Origin: Fistulifera solaris
Lineage: Eukaryota
DNA length: 64,000 nucleotides
Direction of reading: 5' to 3'
NCBI GenBank assembly: GCA_030295235.1
Contig: AP026123.1
Coordinates: forward strand, 744,001-808,000
Every line of letters begins with the position of its first letter. Positions within the stretch are counted from its first letter, which is position 1. The translations under genes and the position numbers were made by a program. Under the pieces are notes generated by a model. It saw nothing but the letters and a program-made list of their open reading frames with translations. It was not told the origin of the DNA and searched no databases. Below are positions 1 through 11,200 of the stretch, in pieces.

Positions 1-870
1 GACGTGAAAATAAAAGAAACTTTTAGCAAGTAGTTCAGAATCATCATTGTTGCGACTTTCACTACCCGTAATTATAATTATATTCGCAGTTGAATGACAA
101 TGGACGGATGCGAGAGACGCGAAACGCAAAACGGAACCCTTTGTTGTTCGGTTCATGACTACTGTACAATCCAATCTTGGCTGGCGTAAACCAACACTCC
201 GTTTCATAGTGGAAAATCAAGGTGTCGGTCCTCGGATTTTCGACGTGAAAATAAAAGAAACTTTTAGCAAGTAGTTCAGAATCATCATTGTTGCGACTTT
301 AACTACCCGTAATTATAATTATATTCGCAGTTGAATGACAATGGACGGATGCGAGAGACGCGAAACGCAAAACGGAATCCTTTGTTGTTCGGTTCATGAC
401 TACTGTACAATCCAGTCTTGGCTGGCGTAAACCAACACTCCGTTTCATAGTGGAAAAATCAAGGTGTCGGTCCTCGGATTTTCGACGTGAAAATAAAAGA
501 AACTTTTAGCAAGTAGTTCAGAATCATCATTGTTGCGACTTTAACTACCCGTAATTATAATTATATTCGCAGTTGAATGACAATGGACGGATGCGAGAGA
601 TGCGAAACGCAAAACGGAACCCTTTGTTGTTCGGGTTCATGACTACTGTACAATCCAGTCTTGGCTGGCGTAAACCAACACTCCGTTTCATAGTGGAAAA
701 TCAAGGTGTCGGTCCTCGGATTTTCGACGTGAAAATAAAAGAATCTTTTAGCAAGTAGTTCAGAATCATCATTGTTGCGACTTTGACTACCCGTAATTAT
801 AATTATATTCGCAGTTGAATGACAATGGACGGATGCGAGAGAGCGCGAAAACGCAATACGGATCCCTTTT
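1..870. repeat. Tandem array, ~241-242 bp unit, >=3.6 copies (runs off left edge); a further unit fragment at ~1329-1403
   Basis: gacgtgaaaataaaagaa recurs at 1, 242, 484, 726 with near-identical units; ttgttgttcggttcatgacta...ggctggcgtaa recurs at ~1330. Confidence 0.97.
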
Positions 871-1593
871 CTCGGCCCTTGAGGCAGAGACTTCTCTTGG
901 ACAACAATCATCTAACCTCCTGGTTAGTCAATCACCGCGCGAATATCTTAAGATACCACACAATATGGAAAGAGAAAAACGATCGACTCCAGTTACAACT
1001 CAACTTCACACTCCCAGAACCCAACTTACCAGCATCGGAATTCACAACACAACGACACCAACGATTCAATTCGGACCAAGAACCATCAAACAACACACAA
1101 GTCACCACATCTTTACCAGAATCGGCGCTCAACGCGAACCCAAACTAATCATTAAGCCGACGGACCAGGCCGCAACTTTTATTCTGAATCAGATGGCAGC
1201 CCCCCTGCTCATTGTCTCGGCGATGTCTTGGCAATCTGAGTTCTAGACTTAGTCTAGAGACGGATTGTGTCACGGTTCTGTCATAGGGATAGGAAATAAG
1301 CACGCTAAACTCTCAATTTTTATTTTTATTTGTTGTTCGGTTCATGACTACACTGTACAATCCAGTCTTGGCTGGCGTAAATTGACACTACGTTTTATAG
1401 TGGTGCGTTTTATCTTCGCTCTTTTTCAACGTATGGATTTCAAACCGATTGCAAGTTGCAAGCAACGTCTCCTAGTGTGGACAGGCTATGTTAGTTCAGT
1501 TTATGTTGACATTGCATGGTGAGAGTAGATGATGATTTCGGTGCAACACTCATAATCGAGTGCAGCTTGTAGCAGGAAAGAACAACACGCACG

Positions 1594-2260
1594 ATGATCG
1601 TTTCGCTTACTAAAATCGTTGCAGCAACCCTCACAATTCTTGTAACGACGCTAGACGATTGTGTGTGGTTAGCACCTTTGTCGCGAAACGAGAGACCGCA
1701 TTCTGTCATGGAAGTCTGTTTGTTGTATCATTGACAAGCATGGCCATTGTCGTCACTGGAGCAACTTGCTTGTTTTCGAGTCGCCTGCCCTTTTCGGAAA
1801 TCGTTTTGCAGGGGACCGGAGCGCTCCTCTGCTGGTTGCTGGCAGGATACCTTCTCTATCGTTCTCTGCAAAAACAAACAAGACGACAACAACAACAGCA
1901 ATCATTTGACCCAAATGAAGCAATGCCTCTTGTTACGCCGCCCAGCAGTCAAATTGGTGCCATTGATGATGACGTAACACAACCATGGATGGTTGTTACA
2001 ATGACGTTTGTTGGAAGTCTCGACGAAATTATGTATTTTCCCGGACTTTTACTGGGACATTTATTCACGGCATGGGAGTTGTGTCTGGGTGCTTTTTTGG
2101 CGGGATGTATCATGCTCCTTGTGGTGTTGACTTGTCTACGACAAAGTCAACCATTAATGAACTTTTGGATCGTATTCCATTGTACGTTGTTGTAGCCGTC
2201 TTTGCGGTCGTTATGACAGTGCAATTGATTCAAGAATGGGGGTCTGAAATGGGGCATTAG
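1594..2260 (+). CDS. Multi-pass membrane protein, possibly CadD/LysE-superfamily-like; two apparent frameshifts (~1678, ~2165)
   Basis: ATG 1594 gives MIVSLTKIVAATLTILVTTLDDCVWLAP, joined to ORFs 1659-2195 and 1985-2260; hydrophobic helices with T-x-DD and GSLDE motifs in the two halves. Confidence 0.5.
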
Positions 2261-2929
2261 CGATCTATTGCTGACAAGAGAGACGAAAACAAACTAAAGT
2301 GCTTCTTTGTGAGAGAAGACTTGAAGGAGCCAAAAGACATCAAGATGTATTCGCCCTTCGTTTGAGCGACACGGAAGGGTTTTTATAATTGGATGCTGCA
2401 TTGGTTGCATACTTGTTAAGAGTCGGTGTAAGGCGTTTTCCTTATCTATATCTTTCAGCCTGTCTCGAGATATTCCTCTTGACTGGCACGACGACTCCCC
2501 GGTTTCATGCTGCGGGCCACCGGGCCTTTCAAATCTATTGTGACGTCGGCTTTTCTTGTAAATTGATGAAGTACAGCTAAAAGTCATTCAATCATTAAGT
2601 CTTAAAGTTAAAAGTCATTCAATCATTTAGTCTTGAAGCTGGTGCTTTAAAGCCTCTGTAATAAAATAATGTTCGAATCGTGATGGAATGCTTCTCAACC
2701 TCAACCCCGTTGAACAAGGAAGGCAACAAGCAACGACCTAATGTGAAACTAGCGGTAGTTACCCAAGTGTAGTCGCCACGTCTAGGATTTGCAGTCATGA
2801 GTCATTCGTCAATATGTTTTGGGACAGACTGCTTCCTCACCTGCTTTTTAGGAGCTTGACATGCTAGATTTTAATTATTGAAGTGATATTACTAGTTTCA
2901 GTTTCATTTGCAAATCACCGTTTCTCATA

Positions 2930-3855
2930 CAGCATTTCTGTATGACCAGAACACCGGCTCCAGAATATCTGGTTGACCGAAAAAGGGATTCCAGAATTTC
3001 CACACAATCTCGGATTGACCCAAACAAACCGATTCCAGAATTTCTGGTACCACAGAATCTCTGATTGACCCAAAAACACCGATTCCAGAATTTCTGGAAC
3101 GACCAACCTAAACCAACGATCCAGAATTCTGCAACGTCCACAGAATCTCTGGTTGACCCAAAACACTGATTCCAGGTTTTCTGGAATTTCCACACAATCT
3201 CGGTTTGACCCAAAAACACCTATTCCAGAATTTCTGGAACGTCCACAGAAACTCGGATTGACCCAAAACACTGATTCCAGAATTTCTGGAATTTCCACAC
3301 AATCTCGGACTAACCCAAAACACCGATTCCAGATTTTCTGGAACGACCACAGAAACTCGGATTGACCCAAAACAACGATTCGAGATTACCTGGTATCTGT
3401 AACTACCATCGAACCTCTGCTTGACTCAGAACAGCATTTCCAGATTTGCTGGAACGGCCACGGAATCTGTAGTTCAACGAAAACAGCGATTCCAGATTTT
3501 CTTGAACATCCACAAAATCTCTTATTGACTCGACACACCGATTCCAGAATTTCTGGAACATCCACAGACTCTCTGATTGACCCAAAGCAGTGATTCCAGA
3601 TATTCTGGAACGACCAAAAAATCTCGGTTTGACTCAAAACAGCGATTCCAGAATTTCTGGAACGGCCATCGAATCTCTGATTGACTCACAACAGCAATTC
3701 CAGATTTTCTGGAATGACCCCCGAATCACTGTATGAGCCAAAACACCGATTCCTGATTTTCTGGAACGACCACAGAATTTCTGTATGTCTCAAAACACCG
3801 GCTTTAGACGGCTGGAACGTCCAGAGAATTTCTGTATGACCAATAAAGACACCGT
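2930..3855. repeat. Tandem array of ~52-bp monomer with palindromic core TTCCAGAA-T-TTCTGGAA
   Basis: Core 'attcc/attcg' at 3222, 3274, 3326, 3378 and again about every 52 bp from 3488 to 3749. Confidence 0.95.
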
Positions 3856-4007
3856 TTTTATTTACTATAGAGTCGAGTGTACTACGGACCATCAACTTTC
3901 CCAAGACTTCTTCGTTTCAGTTATGAATTGGAAATTTTCTCATTGCATTTTTTATAAAATGATTCTGCGTCATTGAAAAGCAATGTCATTTGCTATGTCT
4001 TACGACA

Positions 4008-5210
4008 ATGATGGTGATTGAACGAGCTATAACGAAACTTCTTTTTTCTCATCTTGTGTCCGGCTGTAACGGCATGGGTGCCACGAAACGCCCCGACACG
4101 GGAGAAAGCGTGTACTTCACTTCCGTCGTCTTGGTTGGAGACGAACGATTTTCTTGGCACCGATGATATTTATACACCAGTCTTTAATTTCTCCCAACCC
4201 GAGGCCCTTGAAATGATGGGTCGTCTCGATGATGCGATCATGGGTGGCATCAGTACGAGCAGTCTGGCATTTTCCTCCGACGGCTTTACCCGATGGGGCG
4301 GGGTGTGCCGCATCGATGGTGGAGGCTTCTGTGGCTTTCGTTCGAACGCCTTTCGTCAACCTCTTCACGTGGCCGATGCCGACGGATTTTATCTCATTGG
4401 TCGTCTCGCGAGTGATCTGGAACCCGAACGACGAGTGTGGAAATTCAGTACCCGCACCAAACCGGATCGTGGGGAAGTCGTTTATCAGGCACCATTTACG
4501 TTTCCCAAAAATCAGACGGCGTGGCATCTTGTGAATATACCGTTTGACGACTTCCGTTTAGTGCGCGGTCCTCGCATCGTGACGGATGGTCCTCCTCTGA
4601 ACACGACCGGAGGTATCTATCAAGTTGGAATGACCATGAGTAAGTTCGTTTTCGGAGCCAATACCACCGAACTGACCGATTTTCGGGATGGATTCTTTGA
4701 GGTGCAACTCAAAGAAATTGGCTTATACAAGCGGCAACAACAGTCATCTAGTAAGGAGCTGATAGTAGAATCGCCACAAATGCTTTCCGAGTCAGAGTTC
4801 AAGAAGCAACAACCGCTGATATTGAAAATTATTATTCCAGTCTTTCGTTTGCTGTTCTCCGAGTCCAGGTAAGGCCTTTATCATTTGAAACGGTTTGTGC
4901 GATACTTTAATTGTGCTTACTGATATTCGTTATTTGCAAAAGTCGACGTCGTAAATCGGCCATGAAATTATTGAGGGAGCGTCGAGGACTTTCTAGAGGT
5001 CGGGCCATTTTGTTTGGGTTACGCAATCGAGCCAAGAGCGTGGGTCTTGTCAGATCTTTAATCACAACAATGTCTATAGTGGCGGCAGATTCTCTGAGAA
5101 GTACCCTGATAGTAGCTATTCGTCTTGTTGTGCAATATCCACTCTCTTTGCTAAGGAAGGGAATGCGTGTTCTCCGTCGCGGAAGACGAAATCCAACCAC
5201 GAGCTCGTAA
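4008..5210 (+). CDS. CIA30-domain protein (complex I intermediate-associated protein 30 family), probable plastid presequence
   Basis: LDDAIMGGISTS and GGGFCGFR motifs; signal ending VTA|W; intron ~4869-4942; likely frameshift in T-run ~4045. Confidence 0.8.
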
Positions 5211-5276
5211 ACACGGTTGTGCTATAAAACTTTGAAGTTAGCGTTTATAAGAGATCATTGTTGTGGCTAATTCAAA

Positions 5277-8200
5277 TTACGGTGCTTTCTTTGAATTCCC
5301 CTTGTGTGGTGTAGATGATGAGGGGTTGATTCCGTTGTAATTAAAGGGATTCATTCCGAACGCTTGGGGGTTGAATACAGCTCCTCCCGTGTACGTCGGT
5401 AAATTAGGAGGAAATTGTGGGTTACCATTCAATCCGCCGTGGTTGTAGTTCACGCCATAACTTCCCTGGTTAAAAACATTAAAACCATACGGATTGCTGT
5501 ACGGGCCGAAGTTGAGCAATCTATTGTTGTCCTGTGTTTGGGTATTGTGAACGTTCTGTACACCACCACTAAATCCTTGTGACTGATTCCCGATCATTGG
5601 TTGGCTCGTCACGGGTGCCAGCGGGTTTGAACTGTTGCTAAAGTGCGCTCGAGAAGTTACGGTGGAGTTATGCGATTGTCCCGCCTTCAAGTTATTAGAT
5701 GTCTGAGTCATGCTTGTATTTTGTTTGATTGTATCGGGCTGCGGTAAGCTCGCGGATACAGGGTGAGTAGAAGTACCGGAATTCGATGCCTGTCCATTGA
5801 TTGCCGTCAACAACAAATCTAAACCATTTGAAGTGGGTTGTTCTTTACTGGTCTGATCAGCGTATCCCTCTGCTCCGACGTTTCCCGTAACTTCCTTCGA
5901 AGTCTTTGCTTTACGATTAAACGGCCTAATGCGCGACAAATTATCGAGGTTGAACCATTCGCTGACCTGTGGATTTATCCGAGGAAAATGAAAAAGAACA
6001 CGTTTGCCCTTCTCGGTGTGTTCAATTTGCTCTACGACGGCCACGTTCCAACGCAGTGCTCCCTCGCGATGAACATCATAGACATCTGAAAACAATCCAG
6101 TTAGGAAAGCGATAAATATTCCTAGCAACACTTTCAGTATATAATCGAGTTACTTACCACCTTCTTCCATTGTCTCCACGTCCACTTTGGTGGGACATCT
6201 AGCAGTCTTTAGACTAAAAACGTTGTTGGGCTGCTGGTTGTTCCTCGGCTTGTATGGTTTTATTTTGTTGGTATCGAAATTACACCATTCGCTAACCTGT
6301 GGATTGGTTCGAGGAAAGAAAAACAAAACGCGCTTCCTGTCTTCGGTAAATTCAATCTCTTTCACTACACCAATGCTATACCGCATCAGACTTTCACGGA
6401 AAACATCAAAAACATCTGCCAACAACATTTAAATTAAGATGACAATTTGATACAATCGTAGCACGGTCGACCTCTATTCAAAATACTTACCGCCTTCTTC
6501 AATAGTCTCCGTATCTACAGTAGCAGGGCACCTAGCTGTCTTCAAACTGAAAGCGCCATTTTCTTTGATGCTTCTCGGTTTGTAGGGCTTAATTTTCTTC
6601 GTATCGAAATCACACCATTCGCTAACCTGTGGATTCGTCCGAGGGAAGAGAAACAGAACGCGCTTCCTGTTCTCAGTGAAATCAATTTCTTTCACCACTC
6701 CAATGCTAGATCGCATCATACTAGCGCGGTAAACATTGAAAACGTCTGCAAACGGTCAAAAGTAAGTCGGTCCATCTTAGAATCCGCAAAAATTGACGAA
6801 TCTTGCAATACTCACCGCCTTCTTCGATAGTCTCAGCATCTACAGTGACAGGACACCTTGCAGTCTTTATACTGAACGCACCGTTGTCCTTGCTGGCCCG
6901 CGGTTTGTAAGGTTTAATTTTATTCGTATCGAAGTCGCACCATTCGCTTATTTGTGGATTCGCCCTTGGAAAGTGAAATAATATGCGCCTCATGTCCCCA
7001 GTAAACTCTATTCGCTCTACCACACCCATGCTAGCCCGCTTGACACTCTCACGGTAAACATCGAAAACATCTTGAAACAACAAGTTAGTCAAGCATTTTC
7101 CGATTCTTTAGTCTCTGGAAGTATTCGTTACTTACCACCCTCTTCGATTGTCTCTTCATCCACAGTTTCGGGGCACCTTGCAGTCTTTAAATTGAAAGCG
7201 TTGCTCGGTTGCTTGTTAGCTCTAGATTGATAAGGTCTGATTCTCTTCAGGTCAAAGTCATACCATTCGGTGACCTGGGGATTCGCCCTAGGGAACCGAA
7301 ACAAAACGCGTCTTTTGTCGTCCTTTACTTCAGTTTTCACAACTACACCCGTGCTAGTCCGCCTGATAGCATCCCGGTATACAGCAAAGACATCTTTATA
7401 GGAAATGAGTGCTAGTTCCGAAAATCAGACAGGAAAAAGCACATGATTAAGTCACTTACCGCCGACTTCCATGCTTTCATAATCCACAACAGCGGGGCAT
7501 CTAGATTTCTTTAAACTGAAACCGTCAATAGAATCTTTGCTCTTTCGCGGTCGATGAGTTCTGATTCTTTGATTGTCGAAATCGTACCACTCACTAACAT
7601 TAATCCTCGGAAAATGAAATAAAATGCGCTTCTGTTCTCCATCGATCTCTAACCGTTCTACCACACCAACACTGGCACGCGCATCACCCTCGCGATAAAC
7701 GTCAAAAGAAACTTCAACGTAAAAGAGAAGAAGGTAAGCCAACATTTCGTACCAAGAAGCAATAATTTTAAGTTACATACCACCAACCTTGATGTCCTCT
7801 AGACCGACCACAGAGGTGACAATCGCTTTTGCTGCCCGATTTGTGGATCGTGATCGTCGCTTTGAGTCTGCAGAATAGTATGCTTTGCTTTCTTGGGTAC
7901 ATGTGTGTGTAGCCGAGCTATTCTTTCAGAACCAAAATCAATCCACTCGTCGAATTTTCTTGATAGCTTAGGAAAATGAAATTGAATGCGTTTGATTTTA
8001 CCCGAAAAATCGACTTTCGTTACAACACCGACTTCGTATTTCTCTTTGTCATGTCGACAAACGTCGAACCGAGCTGAAAAACACATTATTAGTCTGCCTA
8101 AGTAAAAATAAAATTGAAAAGTGAACGTACCTCCAACAATGAAGCTTCTTTCGTCAAGAGGTGATGCACTATTGTCTCGTTTTCGTTTCTTTATCGGAGA

Positions 8201-11200
8201 TCCCTCGACTTTACCATTCGCATCGACCAGTGAGTCGTTAGCATCCCATTCATCTTCAGGAGCATCACAAGAGTTCGCAAGAGGATTCCAGATGTTATCT
8301 TTGCAGTAAAATTTTTCAGGCAGTAAGTCCACATCCACATGCCAAGGAATTTTCCGCCATTTCATGCAATCGGCACTCTCGCACTGTACCCACGTTGAAA
8401 CAGCTTGAGCTGGACGTCCTCTATCTACAGACGAAAGAAGACCACCTACAGAATTTCTCGCTGCTACCTTTTCTTCGGCATCGAGCATATTCAGTACATA
8501 ATGAATATTTGCCTCGTCACCTGTGACAAGAAAATCTAATATAGGCGACCCAAATGGTTGCATGCAGTTGTCAAGCTTCGACAGCTCTTCGGTTTCTCCG
8601 GTGAAAGCCTGTCGAATTTCTTCTGGCCACGGACTACCCCTTTGGAATGGATCCTGAAACCATTCGATGAGACGCGGCCGTACTTTTGACTCGTAAAGGG
8701 TCTTTTTCTCAGGTTTACGGCGGCGTTGCGCGATGGAGCTGCTCCAACATCCGTCAATCGAAGGGAGCATAACACAGCCCAAAAGATCCGGAAGGCCTTG
8801 CTTTTGACCGATACCTCCGTTGTACCATTGCAAAAGTTGAGACAAAACGTAATCGCCTTCGTACCGCACTGTTACACTAGCAACAATGTCATCGGGTCGA
8901 CATATCATAGAAGGGTTCTTGTCTTCAACGCTCCTCTCACATATATTATCGTTCTTCTCATATGTGATTCTTAAAGCATCGACAACTTCATCAATAACAG
9001 ATAACGGTACGCTATTTCCGATCTCCCTTGCGTAAACGTCTACAGGACTTGACTCGAGTGGTCGGTACGCTTTCATGGAAAAGAAATTGCTTGTGTGAGC
9101 GTAGAGAAGGAGCGTATCCGCAGCAGCCTGCAAGGAAAATCTTTGATCGTAATGCAACAACCATAATGAGCTCGCAGAGCCTTCGCACTTTCTTCTAGGT
9201 GCTCCTTCCTCATCGTTCTTGCCTGATTCCTTGACAATAAACATATTGTTACTCCTCAATTCAGAATCAATATCAACACGTGCACCGATAGATTCCTCTG
9301 TCACGACGGAGGGTAAGACCATTTGGCTGTCTCCGACAATAGCATTGCAACCGGAAACGACGGCAGCTTTGATTCCGTTCCTTTCCTTTGGAGGTAAACC
9401 ATTGTCCTTCCCTTTCCTTGAGATCTGATCGCTTGACACACCACTTTCATTCTCGACCTCAAAACGTTTATTCTCACTGAGAACGTTATTGAATGGAGGG
9501 CCATTATCGTCGCCGCTCTCATCAGACAGATCCGTATGGTCTACGGGCAACGCGACCGCATTTTCGCCTCTATCCGCAGCGCCTTTCGTCGTCGACCTTG
9601 AGCGACGAAACTCTCTCGCCATATCCTTCAGTTCATCCAGTATAATTTCCCGCATATCCAGTAAAGCATTTTTTAGCTGAAGTCTGCCTTCGATGCCTTT
9701 TGAAGAGGACGAGCCAGAAGCTGTCGTGTCTATTGACGGATCCCTGAAGTCCGCAAGAAACGCATACTTCTCGTTTCTTAACTGATCTAGTCTTTCGATC
9801 AATGACGGTCTGGAGGATTGGGCTTCCCTTACAGAGCGTAGCAACGTCTGAACAACCCCCATTTCGCTACTCCACATCCAACTCACAACGGCTTCATCCG
9901 ACAATAGAGCAATGGGAGCGTGAATAATCTGGCGCAGAGTCTGCAAACCTGGAGTCGATTTGACTTCCGCTGAAGCCTCTAATATACCCTCGCGATGACG
10001 ATCCAGTACACGCCCAACTCTATTGAGGCTTTGCGTTAATTGCTGAATGCGCTGCTCCATTGCTGAAACACCTTCAGCGTCGGCATCTTCAAAAGAAATC
10101 TTTGAAGAAAACAACACGTCTTGAATATCGGGGCCACCGGAACGTTTCTTCGTTCCTTTGTCTCTCTGTTGACTTGACTGGCCCTTGGACTTGCCGGTTG
10201 CTTCAGCACCATCTCGTTTCCGCAGGTCCTCACTCAAAAGCCAAGCTTTCTTCTTTTCTTCAAACTCCGTTTGCGCACGCTTCTTCCAAATATCTTTCTT
10301 TTCGTCACTCATCTTCTGCCACAAATTTGAAGCCAACTTTTTTACGGCGCTTTTAAGCTCCAAACCACTCAATGATTGGCACATGGGATCCTTTCTTAAA
10401 AGAGAAAGCAGATAGGTGTTTTCAACTCTCGAGTAACAAAAAAAAGCAGGCTCACGTCCGGGAGGTTTCGACGTCTGCGAAACAGCTAAAACCGGGTCCT
10501 TCTCTTGACGAGCAGATGATAGATGATCACAAATCAGCGAAATTGGCAGCGCTCTTCTTTCATACTCGATATACCGTAGAGTGTCTGCAACGTACGTTTT
10601 TAGCCACACTGGAACCAAATCCAACGAATCCATCAGCGAGCTCTTGCCCCCAATGGAAAATTCTTCACGACGATTGACACTTATTGCACCAAAGGCAGCC
10701 GTACTAAAACCATGATTTCGCAAGACTCGTTCATCGTCATCTGACATGACTTGCTTAGTAGACCCCTTTACCAGATTAGAAAACCTTGTTGCAATAGGTG
10801 CATTTCTGTTCAAAACTTGCTGATAGCAATCGGCGGTCGCGAAATGCAGAAACGACCCGCGACATTTTCCGTAGCCACACAAGCACACAGCGGATTTATA
10901 TTCATTCAAAGATTCGGTTACTGCGTGGTAGTCAAAGGTCAACTCTTCGCCCATTTCAAGTTCACGAAGCGTGGTCATCGCCAAACACAATTCACCATTT
11001 TTAGCTGCTACTCGCACCTCGCAAGTCGGGTCGCAACTGTGCGAAAGAGAAGAACCGTAGCCAGCCTTTCGGGACGCATCAACAAACAGTAGACCATAAC
11101 CACGAGGATCAATCTGAGGCCGCTCTAAGGCCATGTTGTAAAAGTCTGGTAAAGCAGGCTTGAGATTTTTCCGATCTTGCGTCATCGATATTGCATCCAT

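Noticed and set aside
2578..2640. 31-bp two-copy duplication
   Set aside because: Ordinary local slippage duplication.
2930..3855. CRISPR array (palindromic repeat at regular spacing)
   Set aside because: Intervening sequences are homologous to each other rather than unique spacers; no cas genes; eukaryotic context.
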